A DNA stretch of 64,000 nucleotides from an uncultured Gemmatimonadaceae bacterium (lineage in GTDB: Bacteria; Gemmatimonadota; Gemmatimonadetes; Gemmatimonadales; Gemmatimonadaceae), in NCBI GenBank assembly GCA_963829055.1, contig CAWHHI010000004.1, positions 512,001 through 576,000 of the forward strand, written 5' to 3'. Shown here piece after piece: positions 1-12,532 of this stretch (the first letter of the stretch is position 1; each line of letters opens with the position of its first letter). The position numbers and the translations under genes are program-made. The notes under the pieces were generated by a model, which saw only the letters and a list, made by a program, of their open reading frames with translations, had not been told where the DNA came from and made no database searches.

Positions 1-159
1 TGTCATTCCGAGCGGAGCGCGAAGCGCGAAGTCGAGGAATCGCGATCGTGTCGATAGAGGGCCCTCTACCCGGAGAGTCTCGATTCCTCGACTCACTTCG
101 TTCGCTCGGAATGACAACCCTCCTCGACTGCGCGCCGTCGGCGCTCCGCTCGGAATGAC
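1..159. repeat. Palindromic REP/MITE-like element, copy 1
   Basis: TGTCATTCCGAGC (1-13) pairs with GCTCGGAATGACA (~105-117). Inner GTCGAGGAATC/GATTCCTCGAC and central TAGAGGGCCCTCTA; a second partial right end runs to ~159. Confidence 0.85.
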
Positions 160-161
160 CT

Positions 162-1455
162 CTAATCGTCGGCCGGCGACCGGCCGCGACGCGTGTAGCG
201 GTCGAAGTACTCGGCGGTGGATTCCAGATCGGCGGCGGTCACGAACTCGGTGCCTAACGCCGAGCAGCCGTCGAGCGCCAGGTCGCACAGGAGCGGCGCC
301 TTGTGGGCCAGCACCGGATCCGACATTCCGTCGCGACCGCCGCGCGTGAGCAGATGCGGGATCGGGAGCGCCGAGGAGATCCGCCGCCGCGTCGAGCGAC
401 GGGCGATGGTACACGAGCCCCGCCACGAGCACGAGCGGCACCGCGTACCACTCCGGCGCCATCACGTCCGCGGACCGCACCTCGAAGTACCCGCGCGGCC
501 GCACCTCGGGAAACAGCGTCGAGAGATGCGTGCACCAGTCGCTCAGCCGTCGCCGCTCCGCGATCGAGCCAGTAGCCGAACGGCGCCGCGGCTCCGTCGA
601 CGTCCGGCAGCAGAAACGCCGGCGCGCCGAGCGCGAAATCGAGATACTCGGAAACCGGATCGCTCCCGCTGGTGCCGAGCATCCCTGTCCGGCGCGGGTC
701 GAGCGTCGCCCAGATGTGGCGACGATAACTCTTATGCCCCGTGTCCTGATCGGCGTACCGCGGAGAGCTCGCGAACATCGCCACCATGAACGGCGCGAGC
801 GCGTTGAGCACGCGTCCACGTGAGCTCGGGCGCGTCGCCACCGTCGACACACACCTGGAACGACGCGGTCTGCCGCATCATCCGAGCACCGGACGGCCCG
901 ATCCGATCGAAGTGCCGGAGCATGCGGCGGTACCGGTCCGCGTCCAGCTGTGGCGCGACATCTTCGACCCTCGTCCGCGGATCGACCCCACACGACAGCA
1001 GCTCCACCCCACTCGACGCGGCCGCCGCCTGTATCGCGCGAACCGTCGTGCGAAGCCCGACTCACCAGCGCGCTCAGCGATACGTTAGGCGCCGAGCTGA
1101 TCTCGATCTGACCGCCGGGCTCGAACGTGATGCGCCCGCCGTCCGGCAACTCGACTTCCGGTACGTTTGCCTTCGCCGACCGACGTTCTCGCCAACCCGC
1201 CGCGGCGCCTGCGCGGCGCAGAATCGCCAGCGTCGACGTACCGGGCGCATCGAGCGGCAACGGGCGTCCGGTCGCCGATTCGATCGGTATGATCTCCACC
1301 TCCGCGCCAATGCGCGGTCGCGAGTCGGCTGACGCGGCCGCGGGAAAGACGCGCCGACGGAGATCGTCAGCGAGCGCTTCACGGTCGAGCACGACGGGCG
1401 CCGCCGACCGCGCTTCGCCGCGCGATGCCCGTTCGTACCGCGGTGCCGCCGTCAC
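162..1455 (-). CDS. Glutamate--cysteine ligase (GCS2/EgtA-like), frameshifted in assembly
   Basis: Motifs RIGAEVE, ITFEPGGQIEISS, MMRQTASFQV, MFASSP and HKSYRRHIWATLDP in successive frames; lies downstream of egtD. Confidence 0.8.
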
Positions 1456-1462
1456 GATACCC

Positions 1463-2446
1463 TCACGCGTTCGCGCCCGCCTCGTCGTCGAGCGATGCGA
1501 CGACCAACGCGTAGCTCGACGCTGCGTCGGTGATCCAGCGATCGATGCGCATGCCGGCAGCACCGAGCAGCTCCGCGAGCGACGCGCGATCGTACTTGCA
1601 GCTGATCTCCGTGCGAATGGACTCGCCTCCGGCGAATGCCACCGATCCCACGCCCGGAATGTGAACGGTCTGATCGTCCGTCGAGACGAGGTGCATCTCG
1701 ATGCGATGCAGGCTGCGGTCGTAGAACGCGCGGTGCTCGAACGCCGCGAGATCGAAGTCCGCGCCGAGGTCGCGATTCAGCACTCGCAGGACGTTCAGAT
1801 TGAACTCCGCCGTCACGCCCTGGCTGTCGTTGTACGCGCCTCGATGATCGCGGGGTCCTTTCGCAGGTCGGCGCCGAGGAGAAAGCTGTCGGCCGGCCGC
1901 ATGGCGATCGCGACGTGTCGAAGCAGCGTCCGCGCACCGGTCGGATCGAAGTTGCCGATCGTGCTGCCGAGGAACGCGATGAGCGCCGGCTGCGGGAGCG
2001 CCGGATCGAGGTCGAGCGGGTCCGCGATGTCGCCGACGAGCGGCTCGATGCCTAACGACGGATACTCCGCGCGAAGCTTGTTGGCCGACTCCTCCAGAAA
2101 CTCCGCGCTCACGTCGATCGGCACGTACACGTCGCCGTGTCCCGCGTACACCATCGCGTCGAGCAGCAGCCGCGTCTTGTCTGCGCTACCCGCCCCGAGC
2201 TCGACGAGCGCGCGCTGGACGAAGCGCGGTCATGAGCGTCGTGCTCCAGCAGTCGAGCAGCGCGCGCTCGGTTCGCGTGAGATAGTACTCGGGCAGGCGC
2301 GTGATCTCGTCGAACAGCTCGGAGCCGCGCCGGTCGTAGAAGTACTTCGGCGGCAGCTCCTTCTGCGGGCGCGAGAGTCCGCGCGCGACGTCGCGCAGCA
2401 ACTCCGTGTGGAGCGACGCGTCGGACCGACCGGCAATGCTAGTCAT
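1463..2446 (-). CDS. egtD: L-histidine N-alpha-methyltransferase (frameshifted)
   Basis: [65 protein letters not shown]. Confidence 0.93.
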
Positions 2447-3772
2447 CGGATGCGCACCGGAAGCCGCTGAAGATCTGGCGGCGAATAGGGTAGTCCCAGT
2501 TGCGGAACGTGTTGCGGATGGCGCCGGGGCGCGTGGCGAACGAGCCGCCGCGGAGCACCTTGTAGTCGCTGCCGAAGAACGACCTCCGAGTACTCCGGAT
2601 ACGGGAACGTCTCGTAGCCGGGATAGCGGCGGAAATCGCTCGACGTCCATTCCCAGACGTCGCCGATCATCCCGTAGCAGCCCGATGGGTGACACGTTGC
2701 AGCGGATACGCGCCAACCGGCGCGGTCTCGAACGCCAGCTGGTCGAGGTTCGCGTGCGCGGGCGTCCACGGGGTCGTTGCCCCACGGGAACAGGCGCTGC
2801 TTCCCGGTCGCCGGATCGAACGACGCCGCCGCTTCCCACTCGAATTCGTTAGGCAGCCGCTTGCCCGCCCACCGCGCGTACGCCTCGGCCTCGTGATACG
2901 TGACGTGACACACGGGGCGTCGCGGATCCACTGGGCCCGCTGCGATCGAACGTGCGGGAGTGCCACGCCGAGCCTTCGCGCGTCCAGTACTTCGGCGCGT
3001 TGGCGGCGTCGGCTTCCTTCCATGCCCAGCCCGCGTCGGTCCACAGCTCGCGCCGCTGATAGCCGCCGTCCTCCATGAAGTCGAGATAGCGGCCGTTCGT
3101 GACCGGAGTGACGTCGATGCTGAACGGCCTGAGCTCGACCACGTGCCGCGGTCGCTCGTTGTCGTACGCGACGCGCCGGTCGTCGGTCCCGATCGGAACG
3201 ACGCCGCCGGGGAAGCGCATCATCGCGCCGACGTCGATCGAGAACGACGGCTCGGGAACGTCGCGACCACGCGGCGCACGATACGGCGCGCCGCGCTTGA
3301 GCTGCAGCGTCTGCAGGATCGTCTCGTTATGCTGGTACTCGTGTTGCGCGACCATTGCGTACACGTATCCGTCGCGCAGGAGCGGATCGCCCGCCTCGAG
3401 ATCGAGCGTCTCGAATTTCGCGAGCACACGCTCCCGCACCTCGGCCATGATCTCGAGCACTTCATCACGACCCGGCAGGTCGAGCGCACCGCGCACGCGT
3501 CGCGGATGCTCGAACGGGTTGTAGATGCCCGGCATCTCGCCGAACTCCACGGTGCCGTGCACGTTCCGCGTCAGCCACAGCTCCTCGAAGTGCGCGATGT
3601 GGCCGAGGTCCCAGACGATCGGGCTCATTAATGGGTCGTGCTGTTCGCGAAGCTCGTCGTCGGACAGCGGCTCGATGAGCCGCACCGTTCGCTCACGCGC
3701 CTCGCGAAGCAACTCGGTGATCCGCACGGCTTCGCGATCGACACCCGGACGCGTCTCTGTGGATTCGGCCAT
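2443..3772 (-). CDS. egtB: Ergothioneine sulfoxide synthase (DinB-like + FGE-sulfatase domains), frameshifted
   Basis: [18 protein letters not shown], iron motif [48 protein letters not shown] overlap with egtD. Confidence 0.92.
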
Positions 3773-3999
3773 TCGTCTCATTCCTCTCGTCGAAGTGCGG
3801 CGTAGGACTACGGCTGAGTGATGCGCGGGACGTGCCCACCGGCGCAGACCGGCGACCTGCGGAGCACAAATGCACGTTCCCGGAATCCAGTTCCGCGGTT
3901 CGTACAGGAACCGGGAACCTTGACGCGGTTGCTGCGATTCCTGCCCGCGCGAGCCACGGGCACTTCGATCAAACCGCTGACTCGGTTGGAGAGTACGCC

Positions 4000-4890
4000 A
4001 TGTCCACGTCCGCTTCGTGAATTCCAGTTGGCTGCGCGTGGGCGACATTGCCCCGGCTGCCCTCGTCGATGCCCGATTGCAACTGCATCACGCCGCGCAG
4101 ATCGCCGTGTCCGCTGCCATTTCGTATGTCGCGGCGCGATCGGACGATAGCCACACGGCGCTGACGTGGCTGCCGGCCGCTCCGGGCGCTTGCCACCGAG
4201 TCGATTACGGTCGAGCGCGACAGTTCCGGATTGCGGTGCGGCTCGAGGACCTCACTCTCCACGTGTTGGGCGAGAGACGCGCCGAACGTACAGTCGTTCA
4301 GCTTGCCGCGGCGGACGATCGACCGAAGCCTACTCGTGGTTGAGCGAGGCTGTCGTGGCTCAGTCGGCCTGGATCCAGCGCGCTTGAATCCACGCAAGCA
4401 CTACACCATACCGGCTCATGCCGTTGCCGACGGCGCACCGTTCTCGCTCGCGAATCGGTAACGAGTTGTCGGAGCTCGCACGGTACTGGTCGAATGCTGC
4501 CGGCGCTGCTCGACGATACGCTGCGGTCGACGCCTGGTGCGTCGCCGGTGCGGACCTGGCCGCACCACTTCGACATCGCGACGCTCATCGAGCTTCCGGA
4601 CGCTGGAACCGGCGGCGCGACCGCACGTCGGACGATCGGGATTGGCCAATCGCCGGGTGACGACTCCTACGCCGAGCCGTACTGGTACGTCGGTCCGTAT
4701 CCCGTATCCCGTCGACGCGCGAATTTCCGCCGGTCGCCGGCGGCGGTCACTGGCATACCGAGGGTTGGTTGGGTGCCGTGCTACCGGCGAGCGACTTCGT
4801 CGCCGCGACCGATCAGCGCGCGCAGGTCGTCTGCGTTCATTGACTCGGCGGTTGCCGCGTGTCGGACGCTCCTGGGCGCGTATGAGCCAG
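4000..4890 (+). CDS. Hypothetical protein, DUF5996-like (frameshifted)
   Basis: RLQLHHAAQIA, DDSHTALTW, VRTWPHHFDIATL, GDDSYAEPYWYVGPYP across frames; family assignment from recall. Confidence 0.55.
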
Positions 4891-4970
4891 TTCGGCGCCT
4901 GCGGTCGCGCCAGTACGATGCCCGTGACATCTCTGGGCGTGCACTCAACCCTCTCTCGTCCGGAGCATCC

Positions 4971-6136
4971 ATGCCCGTTTCTCGTCGGGATTTTCTGTCT
5001 GCCGGTGCCACCGCCGCCGCCGGAGTTGCGCTTGGCACTCCGTTACTGGCCGAGACTGCGCTCGCAGTGCGAGCGTCGAGTCGAGTCGAGCCGGGTGTTC
5101 GCGCGTCCGGTCGTGATCGCGTCCGCCAACGGCATCCGCGGCGTCAAGAAGGCGTACGACATGATCGTCGCTGGCGCCGACACGCTCGACGCGATCATCG
5201 CCGGCGTGAACATCCAGGAGCTCGACCCCGAGGACATGTCCGTCGGGCTCGGCGGCCTGCCTAACGAGGATGGCGTCGTGCAGCTCGACGCGAGCTGCAT
5301 GCACGGTCCCACGAAGCGGGCCGGCGCGGTCGGCGCGCTCGAGGACATCGCGACACCATCACTCGTCGCGAAGGCGGTGATGGACTACACCGACCACATC
5401 ATTCTGGTCGGTCAGGACGCGAAGCGGTTCGCGCTCAAGATGGGGTTCAAGGAGCAGGACCTTCTGACCGAGAAGAGTCGCGCCGGAGTGGATCAAGTGG
5501 AAGACGCGGTTGAATAGCGGGCGACTCGTGGCTCGAGCCTTCCGAGACATCGCAGCGATCCGCGCCCGCGGCTCCGGCGCCGGCAACGTCACCACGCAAT
5601 CCGTCGGGTGACGGGTCGGGGAAGGAGCTCAAGTACGACGAGTACGGCATCGCGCACACGTGGGGCACGATCAACATGAACGCCGTCGATGCGAACGGAG
5701 ACATGAGCTCCGTGACGACGACGAGCGGCATCTCGTGGAAGGTGCCCGGGCCGCGTCGGCGATTCGCCGATCATCGGCGCGGGCCAGTACTGTGACAACA
5801 CCGTCGGCGCGGCTGGGTCGACCGGACGCGGCGAATCGAACATCAAGGTGTGCGGCGCCTTTCTCGCCGTCGAATTCATGCGCCAGGGCATGACGCCGGA
5901 GCAGTCGATCATCAAGGTGATGGAGCGCGTGCTGGCGATGACGGAGAAGCGTCTGCTCGACGATCGCGGGCGCCCGTACTTCGACCTGCAGTTCTACGCG
6001 CTCGCGAAGGACGGCCGCATTGCGGCGGCGACGGCGTACGAGGGATCGAAGTTCGCGGTCTGCGATAGCGCAGGGCGCGCGTCTGGTGGACTGCGCGTAT
6101 CTGTTCAAGGCGTCGGAAAAGCCGAAACGCGCGTAG
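4971..6136 (+). CDS. N(4)-(beta-N-acetylglucosaminyl)-L-asparaginase family Ntn hydrolase with Tat signal (frameshifted)
   Basis: MPVSRRDFL; SVGLGGLPNEDGVVQLDASCM; WGTINMNAVD; TTTSG; GDSPIIGAGQYCDN; STGRGE. Confidence 0.88.
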
Positions 6137-6272
6137 CGGAAGGCGGAGGGCGGCCGCCGGAAGGCGGAACACCCGTGAAACGCGGAACGGTTGCATCGGG
6201 TACTAGTTCGCCTATGCGCAACGAACGCCTAGTCGAAGGGCCGCCGTCCGCCATTCCGCCTTCCGCCTTCCG
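6137..6272. repeat. Inverted GGCGGAA/TTCCGCC short-repeat arrays
   Basis: CGGAAGGCGGAGGGCGG..GGAAGGCGGAA at ~6137-6169 versus CCGCCATTCCGCCTTCCGCCTTCCG at ~6249-6272. Confidence 0.6.
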
Positions 6273-7614
6273 TCCTGCTCCTCCTGTTGGCTTTCCTCGG
6301 GGCCGCTGCAACGACGGCATCCCGATTTTCGAGCGGGCGCGGCCCCATAGCGCTCACGAGCGATACGCCGACGGGCTCGAGCGAGCTGGGCTCGCCAACT
6401 CGGCGCTCGCTCGCGACTGGCTCGCGGCTGCGACGTCTTCCATCCGTCAGGCAGTTCCAGTCAGCGCTGCCGTTCCGCGAGGTCGGCTATTTCGCCGCGT
6501 CGGAAGCGCGCGCCGTCGCCTACGCCATCAGGCTCCGCGATGGACAGCGACTCGTTGCGACCGCGCGAGACGATCTGCCGGTGCGCCGTTGACGGTCTTT
6601 CTCGATCTGTTCCAGCAGACCGCCGACACCGCAAATCCGCTCGACCTCGTCGCGAGCCTCGACAGCGCCACCGTACTGCAGCGGCGCGACTGACGCACGA
6701 AGCGCGGCGAGACGGTGTGTACGTGTTGCGCGTACAGCCCGAGCTGCTCCGTAGCGGTGCGTACACGCTCACGCTCACCACGGAGCCGTCGCTGGCGTTC
6801 CCGGTTTCCGGAAAGAGCAACAAAGCGGTCCAGAGCTTCTTCGGCGCGGAGCGTGACGCGGGAGCGCGGCTCCACAAGGGCATCGACATCTTCGCGCCGC
6901 GCGGGACGCCCGTGCTCGCGGCCACGCGCGGCGTCGTACGCTCGATCTCGCCTAACAACCTCGGCGGCAATGTCGTGTGGCTCTCCGACTCCGATCGCGG
7001 GCAGACGCTCTACTACGCGCATCTCGACCGCCACAACGTAGTCGAAGGTCAGCGCGTGAGACGTCGGCGACACGTTAGGCTTCGTCGGTAACACGGGCAA
7101 CGCGCGCACGACGCCGCCTCACCTGCACTTCGGCGTCTACCGGCGCGGGCAGGGGGCCGTCGATCCGTATCCGTTCGTGTACCGGTCCAGCGCGGTTGTT
7201 GCGCCAGTCACCGCCGACACCGCGGAGCTCGGGACGCTCGCGCGCGCACGAGCGCGACAGCCCCGATGCTTGCCGTCACCCGAAGCCAGCGCGCCGACCC
7301 TAACGACGATCGCCGGCGGCAACGCCACTGCAGGTCGACGCTGCGGCCGGCAGCTGGTTCCGCGTTCGCCTGCCCGACGGGACCGCGGGCTACGTGGCGT
7401 CGCGTCTGGTCGAATCGACTCGCAACGCCGTCCGGCGGACAGACGGTCGCGTCAGGCACACCGCTCCGCGATCGGCCAGCGGCGAACGCGGCGATCATCG
7501 CGACCGCATCGGGTGGATCGCTGCCGGTCGATCGGCGAGTTCGCCGACTACTCGCTCGTGGAGACCGCCGGACGGGCTGAACGGCCTGGGTTGCCGTCAG
7601 GCCGGCTGAAATGA
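6214..7614 (+). CDS. M23 family metallopeptidase, probably exported, with SH3-like C-terminal region (frameshifted)
   Basis: HKGIDIFAPRGTPVLAA, YYAHLD, GFVGNTGNARTTPPHLHFG; hydrophobic LLLLAFLG near the N-terminus. Confidence 0.85.
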
Positions 7615-7633
7615 CGGCGCGCCGGGAAGCGCG

Positions 7634-9880
7634 TTAGGCGCGCCGCCGCTCGACGGCGCGGTCGGGATCGGCATCTCGCCGGTTGCCCTCTCGAGCTTGA
7701 AGCCGCCGACGAGCCCCGACATGTGTGCGGCGGCCGCGGCCAGCGTCGCGGCGGCGGCGGCGATCTGCTCGGTGCTCGCGCTCTGTTCCTCGCTCGACGC
7801 CGCGACTTCCTCCATCGCCGACGCGTACGACTCCGTGGCCTTCGCCACCTCGTCGAGCCGCGCGGTCACGTCGGCGACGAGCTCGCGCGACGTCGTCGCC
7901 GCCTGCTCGATGGACGCCGTCCACGCTTCCGATCCGCGCACGGCGTCCTCGACCTGCGCGAACGAGTGCATGCCGAGCTGCGTGGTCTCGAGCACGCCGA
8001 TCACGGTTTCCATGGTGCGCGCGCTCAGCGCGCGAGACTCCTGCACCTTTGGCGAGCACGCCGCGCACGAGCGTCTCGGTGCGCTGCGCCGCCTCGGCCG
8101 AGTTGGCCGCGAGTCGTCGGACTTCGCTCGCGACGACGGCGAAGCCCTGCCCGTGCTCGCCCGCTCGCGCCGCCTCCATCGCGGCGTTGAGCGCGAGCAG
8201 CTTCGACTGCTTGGCCATCTTCTGCACGAGCGTCACGAACGCGCCGAATTCCTCGGATGCTTCGGCGAGCGCCTTCACGGCGTCGGCACTCGCGCGCGCG
8301 TCGCTCGCGAGGTGCTCGCAGCGCGATCGCGCTCGCGTCGAACCGCGTGCGGTTCTCCTTCGCGAGCGCGGCTGAGCGCGGCGTTGCGCTCGACGCCATC
8401 GTGCGCGCCGCTCGCGAGCTGATCGGCGATGCTCTGCAGACGCGACGCGTCGGACGCCATGCGCTGAATCGCGTCCGCCATCTCGGTCGACTGTCGGCTC
8501 AGGTCACCCGACGTCACCGCCATCTCCTCGGCGGCCGCAGCCATGTTCTCGCTGCCGCTCGTGATCTCGGCGGCGCGTGCCGTCGTCTCGCGGGCAGCGT
8601 CGCGCAGTGTCGACACGACGCGCCGGAGATCGTCGACCATCGCGGCGGTCGCGCGGCTCAACCGCCCGACTTCGTCGTTGGCGCTCGACGGGATCACTGG
8701 CGTCGAGAGATCGCCGGCGGCGACCGCTTCGGCGACGCTCGCCAGCTCGGTGACCGGCGCGCTGATGCGGCGATCGAGGAAGCGGCTCATCACCACAGCG
8801 TCGCGACGAGGAACGCGAGCACGGCGATCAGCGCGACCGCGATCATGGCCGTGCCTGTCGCGCAACGGCGCGAGCACGCTCGCTTCATCGATCTGAAGCG
8901 ACGACGCGCCACGATCCGTCGTTCGCGGCGGCGACCATCGCGCGTAGCGACGTGTTCGGCCGCGGTGAAGTCGCACGATCGTATCGCCGGCGGCGTCCGG
9001 GGAGGCTCTCCGCCCCGGGAAGCGCCCTTCATTCGCTCGCCGTTCCGCGACGGAGCTGGCGATCACGTCGGCCGCGACCGTCGATGACGTCGAGGCGGAC
9101 GTCTCGCTGCTCGTCGCCCGTCGCGAGCGCGGCGTCGAGCGTCGGGATGCCGAACGCGATCTTGATGACACCTTCCGGCGCGGTCGCGCTCGCCTTCGTG
9201 GATCGCCGCGGCCATCGACACGACCGTCTGTCGGGCGGACTCGTCGATACTCGGCTTCGGCCGTCGTCAGCCCTTTGCGAACCGCATCGCGCCACCATCG
9301 CCTCGTCGCTCTGGACGAAGTCGGACGTCATCTCCGTCGTCACGGCGTTGAAGCCGTTCGACGTCGGTGACGAACATCTCGGCGATGCCGAGCGGGGCGA
9401 GCTGCCGCTGAAGGAACCGGTCGGCGGTCTCGCTGACGGCAAGACTCCGCGTCGCGGCCATGTCGCGTTCGAGGCCTCGATCGGGCGCCCGACGAGTCCC
9501 ATCTGCGCGGCGCGCTGCGGCGCCGGCGCGTGCCGCGTCGACGACGGTCGGCGAAGCGCCAATGAGCTCGACCTGCCGCGCACGCTCGAGCAGCGCCTGC
9601 TCGGTCACGAGCTCGCCGCGGCGCGCGACGTCGCGGAGCCGGGTGTCGGCGCGGTCGGAGAGGAAATTCGCCGCGGTCCGCATGGCGACCAGCACGCGCG
9701 ACGCCGAGGATGCCGACCGCGACGATCGCGGCACCAACGACCATGCCGCGCTGAAGCGATTTGGAATGCGTGGCCGGCGTCGGCGCGCGCGACCGCGCCC
9801 GTCGGGGATCGAGACCGGCGTGCGCGAGGGACTGCGTGCGTCGAAGTGATCGAGGAGAGCGTCATGGCGGCCAGGGTCAT
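7634..9880 (-). CDS. Methyl-accepting chemotaxis protein (extracytoplasmic sensor, HAMP, MCP signal domain), frameshifted
   Basis: [62 protein letters not shown]; two TM segments. Confidence 0.88.
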
Positions 9881-9987
9881 GTCCGGCTTGTTCAGCCTCC
9901 GACCAGTCGCTAAATTCCTACAGGTCAAACCCTTCCGAAGTCGGGCGCGCTCGAGACACCGATGGCGCTGCGCCCGCGAGCCCAGAC

Positions 9988-12532
9988 ATGACTGCACCCA
10001 ATCCGCACGAGCCCACTCCTGTGAGCGCTCCCGTCGACTACGATCCGAGCACCGTCGAAGCCAAATGGCAGCGCCGGTGGCGCGAGCGTGGCACGAATCA
10101 CACCGATCTCGCCGAGCGGGGAGCGGCCGTTCTACGCGCTCATGATGTTCCCGTACCCGTCGGCGGAGGGGCTGCACGTCGGCAACCTCTTCGCGTTCAC
10201 GGGCAACGACATCTATGGACGATTCCAGCGGCTTCAGGGGCACACGGTGTTCGAGCCGCTGGGCTACGACGCGTTCGGCATCCACTCGGAGAACTACGCG
10301 CTCAAGGATCGGCGAGCATCCGATGCGCCTCATCCCGAGGAACATCGCGAACTTCCGCCGGCAGCTGGAGCGCGGCGGCCTGATGGTCGACTGGCGCTAC
10401 TCGGTGGACACCACCGATCCGCGCTACTACCGCTGGACGCAGTGGGTCTTCCTCAAGCTCTACGAGAAGGGGCTGGCCTACAAGAAGAAGGCGGCCGTCA
10501 ATTGGTGTCCCGAACGACAAGACCGTGCTCGCGAACGAGCAGGTCATCAACGGCGCGTGCGAGCGTTGCGGCGCGATGGTCGAGCAGCGGTTCCTGGAGC
10601 AGTGGTTCTTCCGCATCAGCGAGTACTGCGGAGCGGCTGCTGAACAACCTGGACCACATCGACTGGTCGGAGACGCACGAAGACGGCGCAGCGGAATTGG
10701 ATTGGCCGGAGCGATGGGGCCGAGATCGAGTTCGACGTCTGGGAACCGGGAACAGGGAACTCGGGAACCGAAGCGTCGCCGAGGCAGTCGCCGAGTTCCC
10801 GAGTTCCCGAGTTCCCGGTTCCCAGTCCCGATCACGGTCTTCACCACCCGACCCGACACGATCTTCGGTGCGACCTACCTGGTCCTCGCGCCGGAGCATC
10901 CGCTCGTCGCGCAGCCTAACGACTCGACGAGCAGCGCGCCGAGGTCGAGGCGTATCGCGAGCGCACCAAGCGGCAGGACCTCGTGTCGCGAAAGGTGACC
11001 AAGGAGAAGACCGGCGTCTTCACTGGCAGCCACGCGACCAACCCGGCCACCGGCGCGCCCATTCCGATCTGGATCGCCGACTACGTGCTCATGGAGTACG
11101 GCACCGGCGCGATCATGGCCGTGCCCGGACACGACGAGCGCGACTTCGAGTTCGCGAACGTCTTCTCGCTGCCCATCGTCAGGGTCGTGGCTGGTGAGGA
11201 GCGAGAGCGAGCACACGCCACTGGCCGAGGCGTTCACCGAGAACACGTGGCGGTCGGATCGTGAACTCCGGCCAGTTCGACGGCATGCCGGTGCCCGAGG
11301 CGAAGCGCGCGATCACCGACTGGCTGGCGTCGCGCGGTGCCGGCCGCGCCGTCGTGAACTACCGGCTGCACGACTGGTGCATCTCGCGGCAGCGCTACTG
11401 GGGTCCGCCGATCCCGATCATCTACTGCGATAAATGCGGTCCGCAGCCGGTGCCGGAGAAGGACCTGCCGGTCATGCTGCCCGACATCGAGGACTTCCGG
11501 CCCGACGATTCCGGCGTGTCGCCGCTCGCGCGTCACGAGGACTGGTACGTCGTGCCGTGCCCGAAGTGCGGCGGCAAGGCGCGTCGCGAGACGGACGTGT
11601 CCGACACGTTCCTCGACAGCGCGTGGTACTTCCTGCGCTATCCCGAGCGCCGATCGCGACGACGTGCCGTTCGATCCGAGCCTGACGAGCAAGTGGCTGC
11701 CGGTGAACTCGTACATTGGCGGCAACGAGCACGCCGTGCTGCACCTCATGTACGCGCGGTTCATCACGATGGTGCTGCACGACATGGGCATCCTGCACTT
11801 CGAGGAGCCGTTCACGCGCTTCCGCGCGCACGGCCACATCATTCGCGAACGGCGCGAAGATGTCGAAGACGAAGGGCAACATCGTCAACCCCGACCAGTA
11901 CTACGAGCAGTGGGGCGCGGACACGTTCCGCACCTACCTCATGTTCCTCGGACCGTACGAGGAAGGTGGAGACTTCCGCGATCAGTCCATCTCCGGCGTT
12001 AGGCGCTTCCTCGACCGGCTGTGGGCGTCGGCGGCGGAGGCGACGACGGAGGGCGCCGCCCGACCCCGAGGTGCTGCGCAAGCTGCACCAGACGATCGCG
12101 AAGGTCGAGCGACGACGTCTCGCGGCTCGCCTACAACACCGCCATCGCGGCGATGATGACGTACATCAACACGCTGCGGCAGGGTGAGCGCACACCGCAT
12201 CGCGACGAGGTCGAGCCGCTCATTCAGCTCGTGGCACCGTTCGCGCCTCACCTGGCGGAGGAGCTGTGGGAGCAGTTCGGCCACAAGGAGAGCGTGTTCG
12301 ACGCCGGCTGGCCCACGTTCGACGCGGACGCTCGCGCGCGAGCAGATCATCGATCTCGCCGTGCAGGTCAACGGCAAGATGCGCGGAACGATTCGCGTGC
12401 GGCCCGACGTCGACGCAGGAGGAAGCGCTCGAGGCGGCGCATGGCGCGATTCCGGCGATCGCGCGGTTCGTCACCGGCCCGCCGAAGAAAATCATCTTCG
12501 TGCCTGGTCGCCTGCTGAACATCGTCGTGTGA
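9988..12532 (+). CDS. leuS: Leucine--tRNA ligase (many assembly indels)
   Basis: [72 protein letters not shown]. Confidence 0.96.
10739..10825. repeat. GGGAAC/GTTCCC inverted repeat array inside leuS
   Basis: CTGGGAACCGGGAAC (10739-10753) is the exact reverse complement of GTTCCCGGTTCCCAG (10811-10825); inner arms 10755-10768 and 10795-10808. Confidence 0.85.

Noticed and set aside
2443..3772. Selenoneine (SenA) or ovothiol (OvoA) assignment
   Set aside because: No senB/senC genes or fused methyltransferase are seen; linkage to egtD and a glutamate-cysteine ligase favours EgtB.
4971..6136. Neighbouring Ntn hydrolase standing in for EgtC
   Set aside because: It has a Tat signal and glycosylasparaginase motifs and is transcribed away from the egt genes.
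9988..12532. leuS and other genes as pseudogenes
   Set aside because: leuS is essential and all motifs are intact across frames; the scattered single-base indels fit sequencing error.
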